Shown: positions 32,538 to 43,142, numbered from the stretch's first letter. The stretch: 64,000 nucleotides of DNA from Pirellulales bacterium (GCA_040901675.1 JBBDYJ010000038.1:192001-256000); one strand, 5' to 3'. Translations and numbers: made by a program. The notes: a model not told the origin generated them from the sequence alone.

Positions 32538-33482
32538 ATGGACGCGCAGTTCATTTTCGAAAAAGCCTCCTTTGCGAGCTGCCACGCCTCGACGCTGCTC
32601 GAGACACCGCCTGGCCAGTTGTTGGCGGCCTGGTTCGGCGGCACGCGCGAAGGGGCCGACGACGTGGCCATCTGGCTTTCGCGTTTCGACGGCCGCTGGT
32701 CGCAGCCGGAGAAAGTTGCCGAGCACGGCCGTCCCTGCTGGAACCCGGTCCTGTTCCGCGAGCGGGACAGCGGCGAAGTGCAACTCTACTACAAGGCGGG
32801 CCCCAGCCCCCAAACCTGGTCCGGCTTCTGCCGCCGCAGCCAGGACGGCGGCGCCACCTTCGGACCAACGGCGATCCTGCCGGCCGGACTTTTGGGTCCG
32901 ATCAAGAACAAGCCGGTGCAGTTGGACGACGGCACGATTCTCGCCCCCAGCTCGGTCGAGTCGTACAACGCCTGGGCCTGCTGGGTCGAACGCAGCACCG
33001 ACGCCGGCCGCACCTGGAGCAAGCAGGGTCCGATCCACCACCCGGAGCATGCCGACGGGATTATTCAGCCCAGCATCCTCAAGAGCGCCGATGGATCGTT
33101 GTTCATGCTGATGCGCAGCACCCGCGCCATCGGCCAGATCTGCCGGGCCGACAGCAGCGACGGCGGCCTGACTTGGACGGCGGCGCGGGCCCTGGACGAC
33201 TTGCCGAACCCCAACTCCGGCATCGACGCCGTCACGCTGGCCGACGGTCGCCACGTGCTGGTCCATAACCCGACGCACGTGGGCCGCACGCCGCTGGTGC
33301 TCTCGGTCAGCGACGACGACGGCAAGAGCTGGAAATCGGCGCGCGTGCTGGAGAGCGAAGCGGGCGAGTATTCCTACCCGGCGGTGATCCAGGCCGCCGA
33401 CGGCGCCGTTCACGTCTCGTACACCTGGCGGCGGCAGCGAATCCGCCATCAGTCGTTTGCCGCGGACGACCTCACAGGGTAA
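32538..33482 (+). CDS. BNR/Asp-box sialidase-family protein
   Basis: SCHASTL, WFGGTREG, SQDGGATF/STDAGRTW/SSDGGLTW/SDDDGKSW Asp boxes, YSYPAVIQ. Confidence 0.88.
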   Translation: MDAQFIFEKASFASCHASTLLETPPGQLLAAWFGGTREGADDVAIWLSRFDGRWSQPEKVAEHGRPCWNPVLFRERDSGEVQLYYKAGPSPQTWSGFCRRSQDGGATFGPTAILPAGLLGPIKNKPVQLDDGTILAPSSVESYNAWACWVERSTDAGRTWSKQGPIHHPEHADGIIQPSILKSADGSLFMLMRSTRAIGQICRADSSDGGLTWTAARALDDLPNPNSGIDAVTLADGRHVLVHNPTHVGRTPLVLSVSDDDGKSWKSARVLESEAGEYSYPAVIQAADGAVHVSYTWRRQRIRHQSFAADDLTG

Positions 33483-33599
33483 AAGAATCGCCACGCAAGC
33501 CTGTCACGCTCGGCGCTGGCGCTGCCGGACAAGCCGCACGTCGCCGGCCTGCCCCAGCCGCTCTACCGCCCGCTGTCCGCCACCCGTCGATCGCTGCCG

Positions 33600-36500
33600 A
33601 TGAAGCCCATCCAAAAACTGCTGGTCGCCAACCGAAGCGAAATCGCCATCCGCGTCTTCCGCACCGCCCACGAGCTGGGCATTCGGACCGTGGCCATCTA
33701 TTCGGCCGAGGATCGCTTCGCGCTGCACCGCTTCAAGGCCGACGAAGCCTACGCGATCGGCCGGGCCGGCGAACCGATCCGGGCCTACCTCGACATCGAG
33801 GGAATCATCGAGCTGGCCCTCAAGCACGACGTGGACGCCCTGCACCCGGGCTACGGGTTCCTGTCCGAGAATCCCGACCTGGCACGGGCCTGCGTCCGGG
33901 CGGGCATCACGTTTTGCGGGCCGCCCGCCGAGTTGCTCGACAAGCTGGGCGACAAGCTGGTCGCCCGCAAGCTGGCCCAGCAAGCGGGGGTGAGCGTGCT
34001 GGCCGGCAGCAGCCAGCCGCTGGCCAATGCCAAGGCGGCGGCGAGCTCGGCGAAGGAGCTCGGCTACCCGGTATTGCTGAAGGCGGCCAAGGGGGGCGGC
34101 GGACGCGGCATGCGCGTGGTCAAGGGGCCGGCCGAGCTGGCCGGGGCGCTGGAGCAGGCCCAGCGCGAGGCGCAGTCGGCCTTCGGCAGCCCGGACGTGT
34201 TCCTGGAAAAGTACATCGAGCGGCCCCGGCACATCGAAGTGCAGTTGATGGGCGACCGGCATGGCAACCTGGTGCACCTCTTCGAACGCGATTGTTCGTT
34301 GCAGCGGCGGTACCAGAAGGTGGTCGAAATCGCTCCCGCCTTGAACCTCGACCCGCGATTGCGGGAGCAACTCTGCCAGGCGGCCCTGACGATCGGCCGC
34401 GCCGTGCGTTACGAGAGCGCCGGCACGGTGGAGTTCCTGGTCGACTCCGATACGGGCGCGTTCTATTTCATCGAGGTCAACCCGCGGATCCAGGTCGAGC
34501 ATACCTGCACCGAGGAGGTCACGGGGGTCGACCTGGTCAAGTGCCAGTTGCTGGTGGCACAAGGGCTGCCTCTGGACGACCCGGAAATCGGGCTGGGTTC
34601 GCAGCAGGCGATCCGCGCCGACGGCTATGCCGTGCAGTGCCGGATCACCACCGAGGACCCGCTGAACAGCTTTCGCCCGGATTACGGGCGCGTGGACCAC
34701 TACCGGTCGACCGGCGGGCCCGGCGTGCGGCTCGATGCGGGCACGGCGTTCTCCGGCGCGGTGGTCACGCCCTACTACGATTCGCTGCTGGTCAAGATCG
34801 TCACGTCGGGGAAGCGCTTCACCGACGCGGCGCGGCGCATGGAACGTTGCCTGCAGGAGTTCCGCATCCGGGGCGTCAAGACCAACATCCCCTTCCTGAT
34901 CAACCTGGTCACGCATCCCAAGTTTCTCGAAGGGGGTTACACGACCAGGTTCCTGGACGAGACCCCTGAACTGTTCCAGTTCGTGGCCCGGCGCGACCGG
35001 GCAACGCGGCTGTTTCATTACCTGGCCGACGTGGTCGTCAACGGGCATCCGCTGGTCAAGACGCAGCCGGCCGGGATGCGCCGCGATCCGGCCCCGGTGC
35101 CCGACGTCGGCCACCAGGTCGAGATTCCCCCCGGCACGCGGCAACGGCTGCTCGAGCTGGGGGCCGAGCGCTTCAGCCGCTGGGTGCTCGATCAAAAACA
35201 ACTGCTGCTCACCGACACGACGCTCCGCGACGCTCACCAGTCGCTGTTGGCCACGCGGCTGCGGACCTACGACATGCTGGCCATTGCCGACACCTACGCC
35301 CGCCGGCACGCGGGGCTGTTCTCCATCGAGATGTGGGGGGGCGCCACGTTCGACACGGCCATGCGGTTCCTCAAGGAATGCCCTTGGGAGCGCCTGACCG
35401 ATCTGCGGCAGAAGATCCCCAACATCCTGTTCCAGATGCTCTTGCGCGCTTCGAACGCCCTGGGCTATTCGAACTATCCGGACAACGTGGTGCGTGCTTT
35501 TGTCGAGGAAGCGGCCTCCGCGGGAATCGACCTGTTCCGCATCTTCGATTCGCTCAATTGGGTGCCCAACATGCGGGTGGCCATGGACGCCGTGCTCTCC
35601 ACCGGCGCCGTGTGCGAAGCGGCCATCTGCTACACGGGCGACGTGCTCGATGCCAAGCGCACCAAGTACGACCTGAAATACTACGTGGAGCTGGCCCGCG
35701 AGCTGGAGTCGATGGGGGCCCACATCCTGGCCATCAAGGACATGGCCGGGCTGTGCAAGCCCTTCGCGGCGGAGCTTCTGGTCCGCACGCTCAAGCAGGA
35801 AGTCGGCATTCCCATCCACTTCCACACGCACGACACCAGCGGAGTGCAGGCGGCCGCCATTCTGAAGGCCGCCGAGGTCGGGCTGGATATTGCCGACGCG
35901 GCCATGGCCCCGCTGTCCGGGCTGACGTCGCAGCCCAACTTGAACTCGGTGGTCGAATCGCTGCGGTTCACGCCGCGCGACACCGGCTTGAGCGGCGACG
36001 ACCTGGAGCTGACGGCCCAGTACTGGGAGGCGGTCCGCGAGTTTTACGCTCCGTTCGAAACCAGCATGAAGGCCAGCACGGCCGACGTCTACCGCAACGA
36101 GATGCCCGGCGGCCAGTACACCAACCTGTTCGAGCAGGCGCAGGCGATCGGGTTGGGACGGCGCTGGCACGAGATCTGCCGAATGTATGCGGAGGTGAAC
36201 CGCCTATTTGGCGACATCGTCAAGGTGACGCCTTCGTCCAAGGCCGTGGGCGACATGGCCTTATTTCTGGTGGTCAACAACCTCACGGTGGCCGACGTGT
36301 TGGATCCGAAACGGGACCTGAACTTTCCCGAATCGGTGGTCGATTTGATGGCGGGGCGGATGGGCCGGCCGCCCGGCGGGTTTCCGACGAAAGTACAGAA
36401 GCGGATTTTGCGCGGGCAAAAGCCGCTCGGCGGCCGGCCGGGCGCCAGCCTGCCGCCCGCCGATTTCGAGGCCACTGCCGACGAACTGGCGCGGGCTTGG

Positions 36501-37043
36501 GGCCGGCCGCCGTCGCGGCGCGACGTGCTCTCGTACCTGATCTACCCGCGCGTGCTCGGCGAGTTGGTGGAGCACCAGGTGAAGTACGGCGACACCGGCA
36601 TCTTGCCGACGCCCACCTTTTTCTATGGTCCGGTCCCCAACGAGGAGCTCAGCGTCGACATCGAGCCGGGCAAGACCCTGATCATCAAGCTCCTGACCGT
36701 GGGCGAGCCTCACCCCGATGGCCGTCGGACGGTGTTTTTTGAGCTCAACGGCCAGCCCCGCGATGTCACCGTCCGCGACGTGTCGCTGGATGCGGAGGTC
36801 GAAAGCCGGCCCAAGGCCGACCCGAACAACGCCACCCACGTGGCTGCCCCGATGCCCGGCATGGTGGTGCACGTCGGCGTGCAGGCCGGCGACACCGTGG
36901 CCCAGGGTGCCAAGCTATTGACCATGGAAGCCATGAAGATGGAGACGACCCTCTACGCCGAGCGCGACGGCCAGATTGCCGAGGTCCTCGTCCAGCCGGG
37001 TCACCAGGTGGACACCGGCGACCTCGTCGTCCGCTGGGAATAG
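33600..37043 (+). CDS. pyc: Pyruvate carboxylase
   Basis: ANRSEIAIR, GGGGRGMR, RDAHQSLLATR, IKDMAG, HFHTHDT, EAMKME biotin site. Confidence 0.98.
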   Translation: MKPIQKLLVANRSEIAIRVFRTAHELGIRTVAIYSAEDRFALHRFKADEAYAIGRAGEPIRAYLDIEGIIELALKHDVDALHPGYGFLSENPDLARACVRAGITFCGPPAELLDKLGDKLVARKLAQQAGVSVLAGSSQPLANAKAAASSAKELGYPVLLKAAKGGGGRGMRVVKGPAELAGALEQAQREAQSAFGSPDVFLEKYIERPRHIEVQLMGDRHGNLVHLFERDCSLQRRYQKVVEIAPALNLDPRLREQLCQAALTIGRAVRYESAGTVEFLVDSDTGAFYFIEVNPRIQVEHTCTEEVTGVDLVKCQLLVAQGLPLDDPEIGLGSQQAIRADGYAVQCRITTEDPLNSFRPDYGRVDHYRSTGGPGVRLDAGTAFSGAVVTPYYDSLLVKIVTSGKRFTDAARRMERCLQEFRIRGVKTNIPFLINLVTHPKFLEGGYTTRFLDETPELFQFVARRDRATRLFHYLADVVVNGHPLVKTQPAGMRRDPAPVPDVGHQVEIPPGTRQRLLELGAERFSRWVLDQKQLLLTDTTLRDAHQSLLATRLRTYDMLAIADTYARRHAGLFSIEMWGGATFDTAMRFLKECPWERLTDLRQKIPNILFQMLLRASNALGYSNYPDNVVRAFVEEAASAGIDLFRIFDSLNWVPNMRVAMDAVLSTGAVCEAAICYTGDVLDAKRTKYDLKYYVELARELESMGAHILAIKDMAGLCKPFAAELLVRTLKQEVGIPIHFHTHDTSGVQAAAILKAAEVGLDIADAAMAPLSGLTSQPNLNSVVESLRFTPRDTGLSGDDLELTAQYWEAVREFYAPFETSMKASTADVYRNEMPGGQYTNLFEQAQAIGLGRRWHEICRMYAEVNRLFGDIVKVTPSSKAVGDMALFLVVNNLTVADVLDPKRDLNFPESVVDLMAGRMGRPPGGFPTKVQKRILRGQKPLGGRPGASLPPADFEATADELARAWGRPPSRRDVLSYLIYPRVLGELVEHQVKYGDTGILPTPTFFYGPVPNEELSVDIEPGKTLIIKLLTVGEPHPDGRRTVFFELNGQPRDVTVRDVSLDAEVESRPKADPNNATHVAAPMPGMVVHVGVQAGDTVAQGAKLLTMEAMKMETTLYAERDGQIAEVLVQPGHQVDTGDLVVRWE

Positions 37044-37047
37044 GCTC

Positions 37048-37148
37048 GTAGCGACCCCATTTATGGGGTCCTGCTGGGTTCGTAGTGACCCCATTCATGG
37101 GGTCTTCTGCCGCGCAACGAGAAAAGACCCCATCAATGGGGTCGCTAC
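37048..37148. repeat. Three GTAG-type REPs between convergent genes
   Basis: GTAG(C/T)GACCCCAT-NN-ATGGGGTC at 37048 and 37082, inverted copy 37126-37148. Confidence 0.85.
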
Positions 37149-37681
37149 GAACGGAGGAACTCGATGATCGCGCGGCAAAAATCGGGCAAGTCGTCCGGCT
37201 TGCGGCTGGAGATGAAGTGCCGGTCGACGACCACGGCCGCGTCCTGCCAGATTGCGCCGGCGTTGACCAGGTCGTCCTTGATGCCGGCCGAACCGGTCAC
37301 TTGCACCTGGCGATAGACGCCGGCCGAGATCGGAATCCAGCCGCCATGGCAGATGGCCGCCACCAGTTTTCCTGCCGCGGCGAACTGGCGGACCAGGTCC
37401 AGCACCTTGGGATCGCGGCGCAGCTTGTCCGGCATGAAGCCGCCGGGAATGACCACGCCGTCGAAGTCGGCCGACCTCATTTCGGCGATGGCCGCGTCCG
37501 AGCGGCACGGATAGCCGTGCTTTCCGGTGTAGGTCTGCTCGGCGCGTGGGCCGGCCACGGTCACGCGGGCGCCCGCTTCGATCAGCCGCAGCTTCGGATA
37601 CCAGAGCTCCAGATCCTCGTACACGTCCTCGACGAACATCAGCAGACGCTTGTCCGCCAACGGCAACTGTGCAGGCGCCAT
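37145..37681 (-). CDS. PfpI/DJ-1-family protein
   Basis: YEDLELWYP, IPGGFMPDKLR, AAICHGGW, SSRKPDDLPDF. Confidence 0.93.
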   Translation of the reverse strand: MAPAQLPLADKRLLMFVEDVYEDLELWYPKLRLIEAGARVTVAGPRAEQTYTGKHGYPCRSDAAIAEMRSADFDGVVIPGGFMPDKLRRDPKVLDLVRQFAAAGKLVAAICHGGWIPISAGVYRQVQVTGSAGIKDDLVNAGAIWQDAAVVVDRHFISSRKPDDLPDFCRAIIEFLRS

Positions 37682-37694
37682 GGGAAAGTCCGGG

Positions 37695-37722
37695 GTCAGA
37701 GGTCAGAAGTCAGAGGTCAGAG
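37695..37722 (+). repeat. Heptamer tandem repeat (GTCAGAR)x4
   Basis: Seen directly; related 7-8-mer tracts near 1196, 30714, 37800, 45367, 49743, 49900 and 63522. Confidence 0.8.
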
Positions 37723-37744
37723 GCTGTGAATAAATCCCCCCGCC

Positions 37745-37788
37745 GGGTGCCTGGGTCAAAGCGTTAGCGTGCCCCAGTCTTCGTCCGT
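37745..37788 (+). repeat. GTGG-type REP-like repeat, inverted degenerate copy
   Basis: GGGTGCCTGGGTCAAAGCGTTAGCGTGCCCCAGTCTTCGTCCGT. Confidence 0.7.
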
Positions 37789-37828
37789 CCGCGTTCCTAT
37801 TCCTCCTTCCTCCTTCTGCCTTCCTCCC

Positions 37829-39598
37829 TCATTCTTCCTCTTTCGTCCTTTGCTCGCAATACTCCGTCACGATCCGCTCGAGCACTTCCAGCGGCACGGC
37901 CCCCGAACCGAGCACCACGTCGTGGAACTCCCGGATGTCGAACCGCGTGCCCAGCCGCTCCTCGGCCATGCCTCGCAATTCACGGATCTTCAGCTCGCCG
38001 ATCTTGTAGGCCAAGGCCTGCCCCGGCCAGGCAATGTAGCGATCGACCTCGGTCGTGATGTTGTGCCTCGTCAGGGCCGTGTTGTCGGCCATGAACTGGA
38101 TCGCCTGCTCGCGCGACCAGCCCAGGTAATGCATGCCCGTATCGACCACCAGGCGGCAGGCCCGCCACATCTCGTAGCTCAAGCGGCCGAAGTCGCTGTA
38201 AGGGTCCTGGTAAAAGCCCGTTTCCAGCCCCAGACGTTCGGCATAGAGAGCCCACCCCTCGACGAAGGCGGTGAAACCCGCAAAACGCTGGAAATCGGGC
38301 ACGCCCTCCAGCTCCTGCTGCCTGGCGATCTGCAGGTGGTGCCCCGGCACCGCCTCGTGCAGCGAGAGCGCTTCGATCTCGTAGAGCGGCCGGCTCTTGA
38401 GGTTGTACGTGTTCACGTAGTAGAAACCGGCCCGGCTGCCGTCGCCGGCGCCGGGCGAGTAATAGGCCGTCGTGGTGCTGGGAGCGATGAACTTCGGCAC
38501 TTCGCGAATGCCATACGACAGCCGCGGCAGCGTCTGGAAGAGCCTGGGCAGCTCGCCGTCCATCCGCTTCAGGACAACGGCCACCTCCTTCATCAACTGT
38601 TCCGGCGTATCGACGTAAAAACGGGGATCCGTGCGGAGGAACTCCACAAAGGCGGCAAAGTCGCCTTCGAATCCGCTGCGGCGGATGACCTCGTGCATCT
38701 CGGCCTTGATGCGGGCCACTTCGGCCAGGCCCACGTCGTGGACTTGCTGCGGCTCAAGATCGAGCGTGGTGAACTGCCGCACCCGGTGCCGGTAGAACTC
38801 ACGTCCTTCGGGCAGGGCCGAAGCGCCCACTTCGCCGCGTGCCGCCGGCACGTACTCCTCGCGCATGAAGTCGAGGAACCGCTGGTAGGCCGGCACGACG
38901 CTCTGGAGAATCGCCTGCTGCCCCTGGCGGGCCAGCCGCTGGTGCTCATCGTCGGGCACCATCGTGGGGAATTCCTGGAATGGCTCGTACAGCAGGCTGC
39001 GCTTCGGATCGTCGACGATCTGGGCGCGGATCGGCTCGTCGTAACCGGCCAGCACTACGGCAGGCAACGTCAGCTCCTGGCGGATGCCCTCGCGCATCAG
39101 CTCGATGTGTTCGTCGGTGTAGCGGGCGAAGTCCCGCAGCCGGGCGATGTAGTTTTCGTAGTCCTCGACCGTGTCCAGCGGCACGTCCTTGGGCAGATCG
39201 GGAAACGAGATGTGGAAGCCGCTGCGGTTGGTGATCGGCATCAGGTGCGTCTGGAACTGGTGCTCGGCGATCTCGTCCTGCTTCAACCGCCCGAAGATGT
39301 CATAGCTGATCCGCTCGCTGGGCGAGAGCCCCGAGCGATCGATGCCGCGCAGCCGCTCGACCAGCGCCTGCCGCTGGCCGAGCCGCCGCTGGTGGTCGGA
39401 CAGCGTGACGCGGGGCAAGCGATCGTTGTAGCGCCGCAAGCCGAAGTGCGTTGCCAGAAGCGGGTCGTCGGCCAGCTCGGCTTCCCAGGCCTCGCTGAAC
39501 AAGCGCTCGAGTTGTTCACTGGCCATTTCGCCGCCCCGGGCCCAGGCGCCGCAAGTGAGTGTCATCACTAAACAAAGCAGCAAGCGGTGCAATCGCAA
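37829..39598 (-). CDS. DUF885-family secreted protein
   Basis: LSLHEAVPGHHLQ, AFVEGWALYAE, WRACRLVVDTGMH, EVDRYIAWPGQALAYKIG; TTG start after GGAGG inferred. Confidence 0.9.
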   Translation of the reverse strand: MRLHRLLLCLVMTLTCGAWARGGEMASEQLERLFSEAWEAELADDPLLATHFGLRRYNDRLPRVTLSDHQRRLGQRQALVERLRGIDRSGLSPSERISYDIFGRLKQDEIAEHQFQTHLMPITNRSGFHISFPDLPKDVPLDTVEDYENYIARLRDFARYTDEHIELMREGIRQELTLPAVVLAGYDEPIRAQIVDDPKRSLLYEPFQEFPTMVPDDEHQRLARQGQQAILQSVVPAYQRFLDFMREEYVPAARGEVGASALPEGREFYRHRVRQFTTLDLEPQQVHDVGLAEVARIKAEMHEVIRRSGFEGDFAAFVEFLRTDPRFYVDTPEQLMKEVAVVLKRMDGELPRLFQTLPRLSYGIREVPKFIAPSTTTAYYSPGAGDGSRAGFYYVNTYNLKSRPLYEIEALSLHEAVPGHHLQIARQQELEGVPDFQRFAGFTAFVEGWALYAERLGLETGFYQDPYSDFGRLSYEMWRACRLVVDTGMHYLGWSREQAIQFMADNTALTRHNITTEVDRYIAWPGQALAYKIGELKIRELRGMAEERLGTRFDIREFHDVVLGSGAVPLEVLERIVTEYCEQRTKEEE

Positions 39599-39765
39599 GA
39601 CAACCTCCGAAACGGCTACGACCTGCTCGATGAACGCCAGAATTCGTTGCGAGCAATGTGAATGACGGCCGCTTGACCGGCTGTCCGGGAGAGAACCAGC
39701 ATCAGACTCGTGCCCGCCTGGCTTCTGGATGCCGCACGTCAAGCCCCGCCGGCGACCGAGCCGAC

Positions 39766-40704
39766 TCAGTTCTTTTTCGAAGCCCGCCCAACGGCTCCGG
39801 CCCTCTCGGGCACGCTCGTGCGGGCCTGTGTGCTGGCCAGCCCCGGGCTCACGGCGGGCTCATCGTCGTTCTGGTCAGCGCTGTTCTGGTCGGCGCTGTT
39901 CCGGTCGGCCATGTGATGCGCTTGCGAGGCAATGCCCATCGCCGCCACCAGCTCCTGCCCGGAGAAATAAGAATATCTCCGGCCGTCGAGACGCTTGATG
40001 CTCTTGGCGGCCAGCTCTTCCCACGACATCTCGCTGGCCAGGTTCCAGGCCGCTGCTTGGGCTGCCCGCTGGCTCACCGAGCCGGAACCGAGCAAGACGC
40101 ACAGCTCACGCACGGCGGGCTTGTCGGTGAAGCTGTCGATCGGCTGGATTACATACGGAATGGCGGGCCGCGGCTCCGCCTTGCCGTGCTCCAGGCAGAT
40201 ACAGGTCACGGTGAGACGGCCAACCTTTTCGGCCGGCACATTCATCATGCCCATGCCGCCTCCCATCCCGCCACCACCACCCCCCATGCCGCCACCCCCC
40301 ATGCCGCCGCCCATGCCCTGGCCGCCGCCACCACCACCCCCCATGCCGCCGCCGCCACCCCCCATGCCGCCCATGCCGCCCATCTGGGCCAGCACGGGGA
40401 CGGCCGCGAAGGCCTCGGGCAGCTTGACGTTCAAGGGTTTGTCGGTCTTGTTGGTGATCATCACCCGTGCCTGGGTCGAGTCCTTGGGGATGAACTTGAC
40501 GGCGATTTGCCCCGACTCCATCGCCTGGAACATCTCGACCGACTCGTGGGCCGGATTGTACTCGCCTAGCTTCAGGCGCCGCTCGGTCGTCTTGCCCCGC
40601 GGAGCAGCCGAAGCTGGAACCGTCAGCGCAACGGTCAGCAGGCCAACCAGCACCGGCGCCAGACAATACATCGCCTTGAATGCCTTACGGTCGAGCGAAG
40701 TCAT
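39766..40704 (-). CDS. Secreted hypothetical protein with a Gly/Met low-complexity loop
   Basis: GGAGG RBS, signal-like segment, MGGMGG tract, CICLEHGK motif. Confidence 0.75.
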   Translation of the reverse strand: MTSLDRKAFKAMYCLAPVLVGLLTVALTVPASAAPRGKTTERRLKLGEYNPAHESVEMFQAMESGQIAVKFIPKDSTQARVMITNKTDKPLNVKLPEAFAAVPVLAQMGGMGGMGGGGGGMGGGGGGGQGMGGGMGGGGMGGGGGGMGGGMGMMNVPAEKVGRLTVTCICLEHGKAEPRPAIPYVIQPIDSFTDKPAVRELCVLLGSGSVSQRAAQAAAWNLASEMSWEELAAKSIKRLDGRRYSYFSGQELVAAMGIASQAHHMADRNSADQNSADQNDDEPAVSPGLASTQARTSVPERAGAVGRASKKN

Positions 40705-40886
40705 TTCCAAATCCTCCCAGGCTCTTGTTCCGCGGAGTTTTACACACAGGCGGGATATCCGCCGGCGCATGCAAGCTTGAGAACGCCCCTACTTTTGTCC
40801 AGGTTAACCGCCCCGGACCCGGAAGCCAAGCAAAAAGTGCCCCGCGGCGGCCCTTTTTAAGACCGGCCAGGCCCACTCGACCGCCC

Positions 40887-42203
40887 TCAGCGGCCTTTTG
40901 CCCCCTCCTGGCCCCTCTGGCCGTCGGCCAAGGGAAGTTCGACCGCCACCAGTTCCTGGTCGTCCCTGGCGTACACCATCCGCCCCGCATAGGCCGGGTG
41001 AGCCCAGGTCGGGCCGAGTATCCCCACGCGTGACTGCTCCTGGTAGCCTTGCGGATTCAGCCGGGCCAGGATCAGCTCCCCCTCGGAATTGAGGATCATC
41101 GCCCGGTCGCCGTCCCCCAGCCAGACCAGCGAGGCCTGGGGATTTCGGCCTCGAGGCGTCGCCTTGTTCCCGTCGTCCCAGAGTTTCCGGCCGCTCCGCA
41201 GCTCGAAGCAGGTCAGCCCGAACCGCTTGTCGAGCAGGTAGGCAAAGCCATCGCGATACAACGGCTGCGACATCAGTCCCCGTAGCGAGTCGTTGTCTTC
41301 CCAGGCCAGCTCGACTTCGCTCCGCCGGCCGCCAAGTCGAATCGCCTTGGATCCCTCCCAATAGCCGGCCACGAAGACCAGACCCTCCTGGCAGATCGGC
41401 GTGGCGATGGAAACGCCATACGTGACCTTGTACGGCACGCTCCACTCGATTTGCCCCGTCCGCGGAGACAGTCCCAACACGCGCTCGGGAGTCCACGCCA
41501 CCAATTGCGGCCCGCCGGCGCGGTCGATCACGATCGGGGTGGCATAGCCGGCCGGGTCGCTCGAGCTGCGCCACACCTCGCGGCCGTCGTCGCGGTCGAA
41601 GGCCATCAGGCACCCGCCCGGCTCCGCGGCCACGTGTACGATGACCAGATTCTCATGGATCAACGGCGAAGCCGCAAAGCCCCACTCGGGAATCCGGGCG
41701 TTGAACTCTTCGACGCAGTCGTGCGACCAGGCGATCGAGCCGTCGGCGGCGTTGAGGCAGCGGACATGTCCCACGGCTCCCAACGTGTAGACGCGGCCTT
41801 CGAACACCGTGGGGGCCGCCCTTGGGCCGCTGCCGTAATCGAGCTCGCCGTACGTGACCTTGTATTCATCGCGCCATAATGGCTGCCCCGTGGCGGCGTC
41901 GAAACAGAGGACTCGCTCGACTTCTTGCGGCTGCTGCTGCCGGTCCATGACAAACACGCGGCCGCCGGCCACCGACACCCCGGCATAACCGCCGCCGATC
42001 GCCTGCCGCCACCTGACGCGCAGCCCCTCGGCCGGCCAGGCTTCGGGCAGCTTGGGGCCCTGCCAGGTGCCGTCGCCGTGCGGGCCGCGCCAACGAGGCC
42101 ATTCCTCGGCCGGCGCGTCGGACGCCAAGATCAGCGAGACCACGATCGCCGCGCCCCAGAGGCTCCGTCCCACCGGGCGAGAGTCAGCGCACTTCATCCG
42201 CAT
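40887..42203 (-). CDS. PQQ-binding-like beta-propeller protein (BamB-like)
   Basis: EEWPRWRGPHGDG, repeated blades CFDAATGQPLW / GPRAAPTV / WAHPAYA. Confidence 0.9.
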   Translation of the reverse strand: MRMKCADSRPVGRSLWGAAIVVSLILASDAPAEEWPRWRGPHGDGTWQGPKLPEAWPAEGLRVRWRQAIGGGYAGVSVAGGRVFVMDRQQQPQEVERVLCFDAATGQPLWRDEYKVTYGELDYGSGPRAAPTVFEGRVYTLGAVGHVRCLNAADGSIAWSHDCVEEFNARIPEWGFAASPLIHENLVIVHVAAEPGGCLMAFDRDDGREVWRSSSDPAGYATPIVIDRAGGPQLVAWTPERVLGLSPRTGQIEWSVPYKVTYGVSIATPICQEGLVFVAGYWEGSKAIRLGGRRSEVELAWEDNDSLRGLMSQPLYRDGFAYLLDKRFGLTCFELRSGRKLWDDGNKATPRGRNPQASLVWLGDGDRAMILNSEGELILARLNPQGYQEQSRVGILGPTWAHPAYAGRMVYARDDQELVAVELPLADGQRGQEGAKGR

Positions 42204-42207
42204 TGGG

Positions 42208-42379
42208 GCCTCCGAAGATCAACTGACGGATTCCGCTTCACTGGTGGCCGAGTCACTTGACGCGGTGGGGCAGTTCGACGGCATGGTTTCGGCGCCCTCT
42301 CGGATCCGAACCGGCACATTCCAGACCACGCTGCCCACTTTGCACAGGCCGCCGTCTTGCTGGCAGTAGTAGTAGTCAG
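42208..42379 (-). pseudogene. Orphan diverged copy of the 3' end and downstream spacer of the Trx-NHL gene
   Basis: Encodes YYYCQQDGGLCKVGSVVWNVPVRIREGAET/fs/AVELPHRVK*; direct repeat of 43152-43325. Confidence 0.9.
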
Positions 42380-42410
42380 CCGACCATCCCATTTTCTCAC
42401 TAAACCCGAC

Positions 42411-42812
42411 CTAGTCGTCGAGGGAGTAGCTCCCCTCCTCCATCAACGCGGCTCGCAGCGCAACCCGATACGACAGATTGACTGCAAGCACATCGATCGT
42501 TACCCGTCCAACGTCGGTCTTGCCAACGAGGTACGGCCCATTCCATTCAAAATGATCGGGCCAGGCATCGGTTCGGGGGTGAAACAACGGGACGTGCTTG
42601 CCTTCCAGGTAGCCCGCGGCGAGTGCTCCCTTGTGAGAATTGCAGCGTTCGCAACTCAAGGCCAGATTCTCCGAGACCGTCGGACCGTGGAGTTTCTCTG
42701 GGATGATGTGATCGATCTGGAAAGGAAGCAGGGCGATATCGGCGGGGAACTTGCAGTATTCACAGCGGCCTTTCGCACGCTCCCAGACACGCTGCTCGAG
42801 GTCGCGATCCAT
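42411..42812 (-). CDS. HNH endonuclease
   Basis: RCEYC, IDHIIP, NLALSCERCNSHKG, PLFHPR..W.DHF. Confidence 0.9.
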   Translation of the reverse strand: MDRDLEQRVWERAKGRCEYCKFPADIALLPFQIDHIIPEKLHGPTVSENLALSCERCNSHKGALAAGYLEGKHVPLFHPRTDAWPDHFEWNGPYLVGKTDVGRVTIDVLAVNLSYRVALRAALMEEGSYSLDD

Positions 42813-42819
42813 CGCAGAC

Positions 42820-43104
42820 TCACGGCGACAATCCGGCTTGCTTCAACGAAACTCGTGCCTTGGATTGGATCAACTCAAGCAGCGCCGTAATGAGCTCGTA
42901 ATCCTCCAACTGCGACTGCTCCCCGGCCGTGAGCGCCCCCTTGCGGGCCTTCGAGGCAAGATGGTTTACTCGGTCGCGGTCGTACTGCGAGAGCTTGAAT
43001 TCAAGCATCGCGCGAGCGGCCTCGGCGGGCATCCCGCCTTCATTCGGCTTGATCGTGCGGATCAGGATTTCAGCCCCGTGATCGCGTGTCGTGGTGGAAT
43101 GCAT
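42820..43104 (-). CDS. Small helical partner of the HNH gene (antitoxin-like)
   Basis: 94 aa, RVNHLASKARKGALTAGEQSQLEDY; 7 bp upstream of the HNH start. Confidence 0.75.
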   Translation of the reverse strand: MHSTTTRDHGAEILIRTIKPNEGGMPAEAARAMLEFKLSQYDRDRVNHLASKARKGALTAGEQSQLEDYELITALLELIQSKARVSLKQAGLSP

Positions 43105-43133
43105 GCCGATTCTCGACGGACAAGGTCAACCGC

Positions 43134-43142
43134 ATTATAGCA
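43134..43142 (-). promoter_or_regulatory. Extended -10 promoter for the HNH cassette
   Basis: TGCTATAAT on the minus strand about 30 bp upstream of ATG 43104. Confidence 0.6.
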
